A stretch of DNA of 64,000 nt from the human T2T-CHM13v2.0 reference genome, Homo sapiens. The notes under the pieces were generated by a model. The model ran no database searches. It was given only the letters and a program-made list of their open reading frames with translations, and had not been told where the DNA came from. Every line of letters begins with the position of its first letter. The stretch's first letter is position 1. The position numbers were made by a program, and so were the translations under genes. This document shows, one piece after another, positions 39,098 to 53,291 of this stretch. The DNA lies in the NCBI RefSeq assembly GCF_009914755.1, contig NC_060947.1; one strand, given 5' to 3'.

Positions 39098-39098
39098 A
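38970..39098 (+). repeat. (GAAA)n/(GGAA)n microsatellite
   Basis: Seen directly. Confidence 0.97.
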
Positions 39099-40656
39099 AC
39101 CAGCTGAATCTCCGTAAAAACAGTAAGCTTTGTGGTATATTAACTTACCCTCATCCCATCTCGTGCTCCCAGCTTGGTTCTGTTCATTGCTGATGAAATA
39201 CACATAGGATTGGCCAGAACTGGTAGATGGCTAGCTATTGATCATGAAAATGTCAGACCTGATATAGTCCTCCTTGGAAAGGCCTTTTCTGGGGGCTGAT
39301 ACTCTGTGTCTGCAGTGCTGTGGGACGATGACATAATGCTGAGCATTAAGCCAGGCGACCATGGGTCCACATACGGTGGCAATCCACTAGGCTGCTGAGT
39401 GACCATCGCAGCCCTTGAGGTTTTAGAAGAAAATCTTGCTGAAAATACAGAACAAAATGGGTATTCTCTTGAGAAATGAACCCATGAAGCTACCTTCTGA
39501 TGCTGTAACTGCTGTAAGAGGAAGAGAATTATTGTGTGTATGTGTGTATGTATGTATGTATTTAGAGTCAGAGGTTCACTCTGGTTGCCCAGGATGCAAT
39601 GGTGCGATCTTGGCTCACTGCAACCTCTGCCTGCTGGGTTCTAGCGATTCTCCTGCCTCAGCCTCCTGAGTAGCTGGGATTACAGGCACGTGCCACTATG
39701 CCTAGCTAGTTTTCATATTTTTAGTAGAGACTGGGTTTCACCATGTTGGCTACGCTGGTCTTGAACTCCTGACCTCAGGTGATGCACCCACCTCGGCCTC
39801 CCAAAATGTTGGGATTACAGACGTGAGCCACTGTGCCCGGGAGGAAAATAATTATTAATTTCTATTGTTATTAAAGAAACCAAAGATTGTGATGCTTGGA
39901 AGGTGTGTCTACGACTTCAAGATTATCCACTTCTGGCCAAGCCAACCCATGGCGACATCATCAGGTTTCGCCTCCGCTGGTGGTGAAGGGGGATGAGATT
40001 CAAGTCCAGTGAAATCATTAACAAGGCCATCTTGTCGTTCTGAGGGTAGCAGCTGTTTTCAGTGGTCCCCAGGAGCCGGCTGGAGACAGGTGGTCTTGTA
40101 AAAGCTCTGCTTTTAATGCAGGCACATTCCACTCCGTGTGTCTTCAAAACCTTTTTGTGGAGTATCTATTTTTTTCAGTTAATACATAGTAGAACAACAT
40201 TTATGAAGCTGCTGTTTGCTTTGTAACGTAAGTAAGAGCATGCAATGGCATCTATGTTCTGTGAAAGTGTTTTGATGTGTTGTGTACTTTCTAAGGTTAA
40301 ACGTATCTATATATACAGACAGCGTTTAAATTACATCATTCAGTGTACTTTATATATGTTTTTATAATTTCCTTGCTGGTATAAATGCTTTGTATTTGAA
40401 AAAGTTTTCTCTAGGGAATTACATAAAAGACTTCACCTTATAAAGTCAAATCATTGTTATCATTAAATTTTAGGAAGGATGAATGGTTAAGCATGTATAA
40501 AATACTAATATTAAGTAAACTTCATGTTGGCCAACACCAGGATGTATTCTATGGATGTCATTATTTTCAATTAAGAATTAGTGTTTAACATTCCTAAATT
40601 GTTTTGAGTGCTTGATTATAATTTGTTTAAAAATGTTTAATATTTCTTTAAATTTA

Positions 40657-40996
<340 letters not shown>

Positions 40997-41946
40997 GTAC
41001 AGAACATTTCCATCATCATAATGCTATTCCTTGTGCTAGTCATTTTTAGTAATACTCACTCTCATCCCATCCACCATCCCTAACCCCTGGCAACCACTAA
41101 TCTGTTTTTCATTTCTATAATTTTCTCTTTTCTACAATGCTGTACAAATGAAATCTTATAGTATATAACGTTTTAGGGACTTATTTCACTCAGCATAATT
41201 CCCTGGAGATTCATCCAAGATATTGATATTTGTGTATCAATAGTTCATTGTTGTTGTTGTTGTTGAGACGGAGTCTCACTCTGTCGCCCAGGCTGGAGTG
41301 CAGTGTCTCGGCTCACTGCAACCTCTGCCACCCAGGTTCAAGCAGTTTTCTAGCTTCAGCCTCCCAAGTAGCTGTGACTACAGGTGCGTGCCACCACGCC
41401 CGGGTAATTTTTGTATTAGTAGCAGAGATGGGGTTTCAACATATTGGCAAGGCTGGTCTTGAACTCCTGACGTCATGATCCACCCGCCTCAGCCTCCCAA
41501 AGTGCTGGGGTAACAGGGTGAGACACTGTGCCAAGCCAGTAGTTCATTTTTATTACTGAGTAGTATTCCATAGGATAGATGTCCCACAGTTTGACCATTC
41601 ACTTATTGTAGGACATATTGATTATTTCCAGCTACTGGCTATTACAAGTAAAGCTGCTATGAACAATTATGTACAAGTTTCTGGATGGACATACATTTTA
41701 ATTTCTCTGAAGTGTAATTGTTGAATTGTATGGTCATTGCATGTTTAGTTTTATAAGAAACTACCAAACTGCTTTCCAGAGTGGCTGTAAGATTTTACCT
41801 TCCCAGCAGCACTTAATGAGGTGTCCAGTTTCTCTGCATCCTCATCACCATTTGGTGTTGTCACTATGTCTTTTATTTTAGCTATTGTAATAAGTGTGTA
41901 GTGATGCCTCATCGTGGTGTTATTCTGCATCTAGTGAAGCAAATGA

Positions 41947-42296
<350 letters not shown>

Positions 42297-42990
42297 TGAA
42301 CTCCTGGCCTCAAGGGATCTGCCCTCCGTCGACCTCGACCTTTCAAAGTGCTAGGATTACAAGTGTGAGCCACCAAACTCAGCCTACCGTTGAGTTTTGA
42401 GAGTAGTATACATATCCATTATATATTCTGGATGTGAGTCCTTTCTTGGATATGTGGTTTGCAAACATTCTCTCCCAGATCATACCCTGTTTTTTCATCC
42501 TTTTAACAAGATTTCTTGCAGAGCACAAGTTTTAAATTGGATGAAATCTAATTTATTTTTTTCCTTATTGATTATGCTTTTTGGACCATTCACTGTGCCC
42601 TAGATCTCAGACGTTTCTCCTATATTTTCTTGTAAAAGTTTTCTTTTAGTTTTATAGTTTAGATTTAAATCTGTGATGCACTTGAGTTACTTTTTTGTAT
42701 AAAGGTAAGAAAATTAGGTCATTTTTTTTTGGCCTATGTCTACAACATCTCCAGCACCATTTGTTAAGCAGACAATCCTTCCTTCTTTTTGTCTCTTGGT
42801 AAAAAATCAGTGTGGGGCTATTTCTAGGTTCTCTATTTTGTTCCAGTGATCTATGTGTCTACTCTTCTCCCAGTACTACACAGTCTTAATTCCTGTAGCT
42901 ATATAAGAAGTATTGAAATATGAAAGAGCCATTCCTCCCATCTTATTCTTCTTTTTCAAAAATTGTCTTAGCTATATAAATATTTTTTGA

Positions 42991-43200
<210 letters not shown>

Positions 43201-44514
43201 TGAAGCGATCCGCCCATCTCCGCCTTCCAAAGTGCTGGGATTACAGGCGTGAGACACCACTCCCAGCATTGTCTTAGCTATTGACAATTTGTTACAGCAA
43301 CAATCAAAAATGAATATACTTAGAAACAGATTAGTGTAACAAAATAGAAAGTCAAGAAACAGACTAATTTATATACCAACTTCAGCATGCATTTCCAAAC
43401 AAACAGTGGGCAAAAGATGGGTTGTATAATAAAGGATTGTTGACAAGTGTCTATCCATTTGAAAAAATAAAGATGAAATCCTTATGCTGAACCACATAAA
43501 ATAATAAATTCTAAAAGTTCGGAGACATAAATGTGAAAACGTGAAGTCATAAAGAACTAGATGAAAATTCAGGAAAATATTATAGTGTAAGACATCTTGA
43601 ATTGGCATAAGCAAATCCTGACATTACACCAAGGATATAAACAATTAATCTGACATAGTTAAAGATGTAAAAATTAAAGTATCATCTAAGTCAAAAGACA
43701 CCATAAACAACTGTTTAAAAAGGCAAATTTTAGGCTGGGCGCGGTGGCTCACGCCTGTAATCCCAGCACTTTAGGGGGCTGAGGAGGGCGGATCACGAGG
43801 TCAGGAGATCAACACCATCCTGGCTACCACGGTGAAACCTCGTCTCTAATAAAAATACAAAAAATTAGCCAGGCCTGGTAGCACATGCCTGTAGTCTCAG
43901 CTACTCGGGAACCTGAGGCAGGAGAATCACTTGAACACGGGAGGCAGAGGTTGTAAATTTAAGAGGAAGGAGAAGATTTCAATAAGCAATGGTGAGGAGA
44001 AAAATACTAGAATTTATTGAAAAGTGTAAAGTTTAGATTGTAAATTAAAAAAATTATAGTCTTGAACTAAATTTGCAGGTATTATAAACATGGAAGATGG
44101 GAGGAGGGACAGAAAAGAAAAGAGAAGTTCTTTTGGTGTTCAACGAATGGATACAGATACTAATGAATGATAGAATGGTAGAATGGTTAAAAACACGAGC
44201 ATTTTATTTTGTTTTATTTTAGACAGGGCCTCGCTCTGATGCCCAGGCTAGAGTTCCTTAGCACAATCGTGGCTCACTGCAGCCCCAGCCTCCTCTGCTC
44301 AAGTGATCCTCCTGCCTCAGCCTCCCATGTAGCTGGGGCTTCAGGTATGAACCACCACCCCTGGCTAATTAATTTTTTTTGGTAGAGACAGGGTCTTGCT
44401 ATGTTGCCCAGGCTGACCTTGAACTCTTGTCCTCAAGTAATCCTCCCACCTCTACCTCTCAAAGTGGTGGGATTACAGGAGTGAGTCACTATGCCCAGTT
44501 AATGCTAGTATTTT

Positions 44515-44740
44515 AGAGTACAAACTCTGGAGCCAGACAGCTTGGGTGCAGTTTCTGGCTTCTCAACTTATTAAGCTATGTGACCTTGTGTAAGTCATAT
44601 AACCTTTCTGTGTCTCAGGCTACTCAAGAGTAAACTGGGGATAGCCACACTATCTAGCTCATTTGATTGCTATGATTAAATGGGTAAGTACGTGTAAAGC
44701 ACTTAGAATAGCGCCTGTCATGTGGTTAAGTTAGTATATA
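44515..44740 (+). mobile_element. MIR remnant (inverted copy ~50730-50935)
   Basis: ctctggagccagac..tgtgaccttg..aagtca..taacct..ctgtgtctcag..gtaaagcacttagaatag. Confidence 0.7.
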
Positions 44741-47700
44741 TCTTTTAGTTGTTGTTAGTAATGACTTCAAATTACTTTTAAAATGTAAAAGCATATCTGG
44801 TTCAAGAAGAAGATGGTGAACCAGCAATAGCTGCTGGCTTCCTTCCCAAACCCAACCCTGCAGATGCCACAGAAGAGGTGGGAAGTGGTTGGAGTTCAGA
44901 ACAGTTCCTGTAACAAAACCCTTGATGGTTTGGCCCCACTGGGGGATGAGACGGCTTAGAGTGGGAAAAGGTCAGAGGCCACAGATGGAGGATCAGCCCA
45001 GGTGGAGCTTTCTAAGTTGCATTCTTGTTTTCTCCTTGTTTTCTGGATGGCTCATTACCTGTTGTGTAAACATATAAAGCAGACACTTGGCAGGGCTGGC
45101 CTAGTGCTAGCCCAAAGTGGCGTGATAACATTAAGGAATAGGGGGCTTGGAAAGCTCCTAAAAAAAAGTGCAGACTCATCAAAGCTGGCCAGTAACTGAA
45201 CATTCCTTTCCTACCTCTCCCTCTGCCCTCTGAGCTAGGCAATTACAACCAATATCACCCACCCGTAGACTCCCTCCACTCTGTAAGGCAGAAATCCTGT
45301 AAGTGTCTCTGGGGGCTAATAGGCTAGGAACTGGAAAGAATTGGCTCAGCTCAGCTCAGCTCTAGAGGCTGTGTATCCTATGACCTATCAATCCAGAAAC
45401 CCTGAAACTCACATGTAGTGTCTGGGGTGACACATTTTTCCCAGGGACAAAGAGTTATATAGAAAAACTATCAGATAGGTCAGGCGCGGTGGCTCATGCC
45501 TGTAATCTCAGCACTTTGGAAGGCCAAGGCGGGGGGATAACCTGAGGTCAGGAGTTCGAGAACAGCCTGGCCAACACGGTGAAACTCTGTCTCTTCCAAA
45601 AGTACAAAAATTAGCCCGGTGTGGTGGTGTGCAACGGTAGCCCCAGCTACTCGGGAGGCTGAGGCAGTAGAATTGTTTGAACCCGAGAGTCGGAGGTTAT
45701 AGTGAGCCAGGATTATGCCACTGCACTCCAGCCTGAGTGACAAAGTGAGACTCTGTCTCAAAAAAAAAATTCCTTTCTTTCAACACTTTGGAGTTATTAC
45801 ACCATTGTATCCTTGCCTCCAGTGTGGTGTTTGAGAGACCCGATGTCAGTTTAATTATTTTTCCTCTGTAAGTAACCTGCTATTTCTCTCTGATCGTTTT
45901 AAAACTACTTTTTCTTTCTTTCACAATTTTACATTTCACTGATCCTGTGTGTGTGTGTACTTACAATACCTTTAAATCTTAAGTTATTTTTCTAAATCTG
46001 AGAAATTCTCTTTCATTACTTATTTAAGTACACTCTCCTGTTTAATGACTGTATTCTCTTCTTATAAGGCTACTATTAGATGTGTTTTGACATTTATTCT
46101 TTTATCCTCCCTATTAATTAACTTTTATTTCATTTACTTCATCTGTATCCATTACCGATTAGTTTTATGAATTCTTTAGACTCATTTCCTCAGGTCAGCA
46201 ATTGCCTTTTCAATTATATCAGTTTTAATATCCAACCTATTTCACTGAATTATTTATTTGAGCATTTAATGTTTTCATATCCAATCTATCCAATAGGTTA
46301 TTTATTTTTTTATTTATTTATGATGGAGTCTTGCTCTGTTGCCCAGGCTGGAGTACAGTGGCGTGATCTTGGCTCAATGCACCTTGCCTCCCGAGTTCAA
46401 GCAATTCTCCTGCCTCAGTAGATAATTAAAAAAAAAAAAAAGCTGCATTTGGTGGTGTGTACCTGTAGTCCCAGCCACTCAGGAGGCTGGGGCAGGAAGA
46501 TTGCTTGGGCCCTGGAGTTTGAGGCTGCAGTGAGCTAAGATTGGGTCACTGCACTCTAGCCTGAGTGACAAAGTGAGACTTTGTCTCTGAAAATTAAAAA
46601 AAAAAAGATCGTAGGCACGATTTTACTCAGAAGGGGGAGTACTATGAGATGTACACGGGCCACTGCAATGGGTTTTTGTGGTAGGAGAGATATTGGGATC
46701 GACTTGGACTCCACCAAGGACAAGTGGGGATTTATAGTCAAGAGTAGGGTTGGGGGGAGCGGGATCAGAAGATGGGAAATTACTTGGAGGAGACATCAGG
46801 TGCAGGCGGATTCTGGCTAAACAGACTTGACAGGAATTTTGCTGAAACAGGCTTAATGGGCAGAGTCCCTGGATGGGGAGGTGTGAGCCACCTCACCTGA
46901 CCAACAGGCTTTGTTTAATATGTCAGTTTTCATAAGTAATCTAGGTATAATTGTTAAAAATGAATAAACGAGGTAAATGTGAGATACATGTTTATAAATG
47001 AACTTTTCATATAATTGGAAATCTTTTTTTCTTGCTCTTATCATACGAAGATGAAATATTAAAGTTGTGTTATGTTAGATTAAGTAATAGGTACTCACTA
47101 AATATTGGGATCATTTCCAACTAAGAAAACAGCTGAAACAAATCGCTAAACTTAAATACAAGTTTGTTCTTGGCCCTTAAGTTTTATAAAACACAAAAGA
47201 TATTTGGATCCGTTAATAAAACGCCCTGTTCTACATTGAAAATTGTTCTGGCTGGACTTGGTGGCTCACCCCTGTAATCCCAGCACTTTAGGGGGCCGAG
47301 GAGGGTGGATCACGAGGTCAGGAGATCAACACCATCCTGGCTAACACAGTGAAACCCCGTCTCTACTAAAAATACAAAAAAATTAGCCGGGCGTAGTGGC
47401 ACGCGCCTGTAGTCTCAGCTACTCAGGAGGCTCAGGCAAGAGAATCGCTTGAACTTGGGAGCCGGAGGTTGAAGTGAGCGGAGAAGGAGCCACTGCACTC
47501 TAGCCTGGCGACATAGAGAGACTCCATCTCAAAAAAAAAAAAAGTTACAACCTGTTCTCTCTGAAGCCTAGTACCTGAAGGCTTCCTCTGCAAATAAGAA
47601 CTCAAAAAAAACTAAGAACGACTCACTTCAAGTAATCAACTTTCACAATGGTTAAAGCAGAGTCCTGCTTAGCAATGCACAAAAATTCTCCTTTGTGATC

Positions 47701-47744
47701 CATTCATTTTACTTCTGTTGACTTTCTTGCTTATGCTTTCAGAC

Positions 47745-48095
47745 AGAGTCACTGTCCTTTGACCAGACTTGAGTCGGGCCCCTCTGAGTCCTGTTTCTGA
47801 CTAGGTCCCAACCTCGGGCTCTGTCTTTCATCCAGGAACTCTGCCCATTTAGCCTGTTTCAGCAAAAATCCTGTCAAGTCAGTTTATCCAGAATCCCCCT
47901 GCACCTGAGTTTTCCTCTAAGTAATTTCCCATCTTCTGACCCCCGGCTCCTACTCCCTGACTACAAATCCCCACTTGTCCTTGGTGGAGTTGAAGTCGAT
48001 CCCAATATCACTCTCCCACTGCAAGACCCCATTGCGGTGGTCCCTATACCTATCACAGAAGTCCCCGCTCTGAGTAAAATCGTCCTTACGATCTT
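47745..48095 (+). mobile_element. MER31-like LTR (inverted copies at ~18560-18905 and ~46605-46875)
   Basis: ccttt gaccagacttgagtcgggcccctctgagtcc..gactagg resembles the recalled MER31 start. Confidence 0.5.
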
Positions 48096-49667
48096 TTTTT
48101 TTATTTTCAGAGACAAAGTCTCACTCTGTAACTCAGGCTAGAATGCAGTGACCCAATCCTAGCTCACTGTAGCCTCAAACTCCAAGGCCCAAGCAATCTT
48201 CCTGCCCCAGCCTCCCGAGTAGCTGGGACTAGAGGTACGCACCACCAAATCCAGCTATCTTTTTTTTTAATTCTCTGCAGACCCAGGAACTTGATATGCC
48301 CGTCTAATTTTTGTATTTTTTGTAGAGAGGGGATTTTGCCACATTGCCCAGGTTGGTCTTGAATTCCTGGGCTCAACCAATCCTCTTGCCTTGGGCTCCC
48401 AACATGCTGGGATTACAGGCATGAGCCACTGCAGCTGGCCCTTCCTTACAGTCTTTAGTAAGTGCAATAAATACTTGTTTGCTTTAACATTTCCCTGTGT
48501 CTTCAGTCTCCTGAAGTGTTATATGCCTGACATTGCCGTACTCCACCAAATATAGAAATTCCCTTCTTTCGCTGGGTGCAGTGGCTTACCCCTATAATCC
48601 CAGCATATTGGGAGGCCAAGGTGGGCAGATCACCTCAGGTCAGGAGTTCGAGATCAGCCTGGCCAACATGGTGAAACCCCTTCTCTACTAAAACTACAAA
48701 AATTAGCCGGGTGTGGTGGTGTGTGCCTGTATCCCCAGCTACTCAGAAGGCTGAGGAGGATAATCGCTTGTAACTGGGAGGCAGATCATGCCACTGCACT
48801 CCAGCCTGAGTGACAAAGCAAGACTCTGTCTCAAAAAAAAAAAAATCCTTTCGTTCAACACTTTGGAGTTATTACACTATTGTATCCTTGCCTCCAGTGT
48901 GGTGTTTGATAGACCCAATGAAGGTTTAAATATTTTTCCTTTGTATGTAACCTGCTATTTCTCTCAGATCATTTAAAAAATATTTTTTCTTTGTCTTTCA
49001 CAATTTTTTATTTCACAGTTCCTGTGTGTGTATGTGCGTGTGTACGATGACCCCTTTAAATCTTAAGACATTTGTCTAAATCTGAGAAATTCTCATTCAT
49101 TACTTTTTTAAGTACACTCTCCTTTTTAATGACTATATTCTGTTTCCATAAGGCTACTATTAGATGTGTTTCAACATTTATTCTTCTATCCTCCCTATTA
49201 ATTAACTTTCCTTTCATTTACTTCATCTATATCCATTACCGATTACTTTTATGAATTCTTTAGACTCACTTCCTCAGCTCAGTAATTGCTTTTTCAACTA
49301 TATCCATTTTAATATCCAACCTATTTCACTGAATTATTTATTCGAGCAATTAATGTTTTCATATCCAATCTATCCAATAGGTTTTCTTTTTATTTATTTA
49401 TTTGAGATGGAGTCTTGTTCTTTCATCCAGGCTGGAGTGCAGTGACTCCATCTTGGCTCACTGCAGCTCTGTCTCCTGAGTCCAAGCAATTCTCCTGCCT
49501 CAGCCCCTTGAGTAGCTGGGACCACAGGCGTGTGACACTATGCCAGGTGAATTTTGCATTTTTAGTAGAGACGGGGTTTCACCATGTTGACCAGGCTGGT
49601 CTCGAAATCCTGACCTCAGGTGAGCCGCCCGCCTCAGCCTCTCAAAATGCTGGGATTACAGGTGTGA

Positions 49668-49811
<144 letters not shown>

Positions 49812-49814
49812 TGA

Positions 49815-49985
<171 letters not shown>

Positions 49986-52111
49986 TAGTTTTTCTATATA
50001 ACTCTTTTTTCCTGGGAAGGTGTGTCAGCCCAGACACTCCACGTGAGTTTCAGGGTTTCTGGATCGATAGATCGTAGGATACGGAGCCTCTAGAGCTGAG
50101 CTGAGCCAATTCTTCTTCCAGTCCCTAGCCTATGAGCCCCCAGAGACCCTTACAGGATTTCTGCCTTATAGTGTGGAGGGAGTCTACAGGTGGATGATAT
50201 TGGTTGTAATCGCCCAGCTCAGAGGGCAGAGGGACAGGTAGGAAAGGAATATTCAGTTACTGGCCCGCTTTGATGAGTCTGCACTTTTTCTAGGAGCTTC
50301 CCAAGCCCCTTATTCTTTAATGTTATCAGGCCACTTTGGGCTAGCACTGGGCCAGCCCTGCCAAGTTTCTGCTCTGTATGTTTACAGAACAGGTAATAAG
50401 CCTTCTAGAAAATAAGGAGAAAAAAAGAATGCAACTTAGAAAGCTCCGCCTGGGCTGATCCTCCATCTGTGGCCTCTGACCTTTTCCCACTCTAAGCCAT
50501 CTCATCCTCCAGTGGGGCTAAACCATCAAGGGTTTTGTTATTGGGAACTGTTCTGAACTCCAACCACTTCCCACCTCTTCTGTGGCATCTGACATCTGCA
50601 GGGTTGGGTTTGGGAAGGAAGCCAGCAGCTATTGCTAGTTCACCATCTTCTTCTTGAACCAGATATGCCTTTACATTTTAAAAGTAATTTGAAGTCATTA
50701 CTAACAACAACTAAAAGATATATACTAACTTAACCACATGACAGGCGCTATTCTAAGTGCTTTACATGTATTTGCCCATTTAATCATAGCAATCAAATGA
50801 GCTAGTGTGGTTATCCCCAGTTTACTCTTGAGTAGCCTGAGACACAGAAAGGTTATATGACTTACACAAGGTCACATAGCTTAATAAGTTGAGAAGCCAG
50901 AAACTGCACCCAAGCTGTCTGGCTCCAGAGTTTGTACTCTAAAATACTAGCGTTAAGTGGGCACAGTGACTCACTCCTATAATCCCACCACTTTGAGAGG
51001 CTGATGTGGGAGGATTGCTCGAGGTCCAGAGTTCAACGTCAGCCTAGGCAACATAGCAAGACCCTGTCTCTACCAAAAAAAAATTTTTTTTTAGTTACCC
51101 AGGCATGGTGGTGCACACCTGTAGTCCCAGCTACATGGGAGGCTGAGGCAGGAGGGTCACTTGAGCTGAGGAGGCTGGGGTTGCAGTGAGCCATGATTGT
51201 GCTATGGAACTCTAGCCTGGGCACCAGAGTGAGGCCCTGTCTAAAATAAAACAAAATTTAATGCTAGTGCCTTTTACCATTCTACCGTTCTATCATTCAT
51301 AAACATCTGTATACATTCCCTGAACACCGAAATAACTTCTCTTTTTTTTCCTGTCCCTCCTCCCATCTTCCATGTTTATAATACCTGGAATTTTATTTCA
51401 AGACTATAATTTTTTAAGTTTACAATCAAAAGTTTACACTTTTTAATAAATTTTACTGGTTTTCTTCTCATCATTGCTTATTGAAATCACCTCCTTCCTC
51501 TTAAATTTACTTTTCTCTTCTCATAGACCTGTATACCAATAATGATTTCTGAAGGGTACATGTGTCATGAATTTTCTGAAATATTTTTTCCCTCATTCTG
51601 GATTATCCTCGCTGTATATAGATATCTAGGTTCAACTTTTTTTGTTTGTTTTTGTTTTGTTTTGTTTTGTTTTTTGAGACAGTGTCTGGCTCTGTCACCC
51701 AGGCTGGAATGCAGTGGCACCATCTCGGCTCACAGCAATCTCCACCTCCCGGACTCAGCTGGGACTATAGGCACGTGGCACCACACCTGGCTACTTGTTG
51801 TATTTTTTGTAGAGATGGGTTTTGCCTTGTTGGCCAGGCTGGTCTCAATCTCCTGAGCTCAAGCTGTCCTCCCATCTTGGCCTACCGAAGTGCTGGGACT
51901 ACAGGCGTGAGCCACTGTGCCTGGCCCAAAGTTATTTTTAATCAGCTCCTTGAAAAACATCTCCATTGCATTCTCTTTTCTCTCTTTCTCTCTGGGGCCT
52001 TTCAGGATTTTATCTTTATCCTAGAAATTTTACTCCTAGGGAGTGTGTGTGTATATATGTGTGCGTGTGTGTGTGAGCGTGTGTGTGTGTGTGTGTGCGC
52101 CTGTGTGTTAA

Positions 52112-52513
<402 letters not shown>

Positions 52514-53291
52514 TGAGCCACGGCACCTGGTCCAGTCTTTCTATTCTCTACCTCTGCAACTTCTATTGGATGAACGTTGAAACTTCTGGGCTCTATCCTC
52601 CATTTCCTTTACTATTTTCATTTCATACTTTCTATTTCATAATCCTTTTCTCCTATACGGTGAAGTAGTGCCATGCCTGAACACATTTTTTCATTGGGTT
52701 GTTCCAGTTTCTCTTACTGATATGCAAAATCTTTGTTGTATATTAGAGATGGTTACTGTTAATTTATTGAGGATGCTTCACCAATTTCCCCAACATTTGC
52801 CTTTTTAAACAGTTTTGTGGTGTTTTTTGAATTAGATGATACTTTAATTTTTACATTGTTATGTCAGATTCATTGTTCATAGCCTTAGTGTAATATCAGG
52901 AAGTGCCTATGACACCTCCAGATGTCTTACACTGTAATATTTTGCTAAATTTTCATCTAGTTCTTTATGACTTCACATTTTCACGTTTAAGTAACTGATT
53001 TTTTAGAATTTATTATTTTATGTGGTTTAAAGTAAGGATTTAATCTTTATTTTTTCAAATAGATAGATACTTGTCAAGCAATCATTTATTATACAACCCA
53101 TCATCTTTTGCCCACTGTTTGAAAATGCATGCTGAAATTTGCGTATAGATTAGTCTGTTTCTTGACTTTCTATTTTGTTTCACTAATAAATGTTTCTATG
53201 TGCATTCATTTTTTATTGCAGCTGTAACAAATTTTCAATAGCTTAGACAACGCTAGGTACAGTGGCTCAGGCCTATAATCCCAGCACTTTT

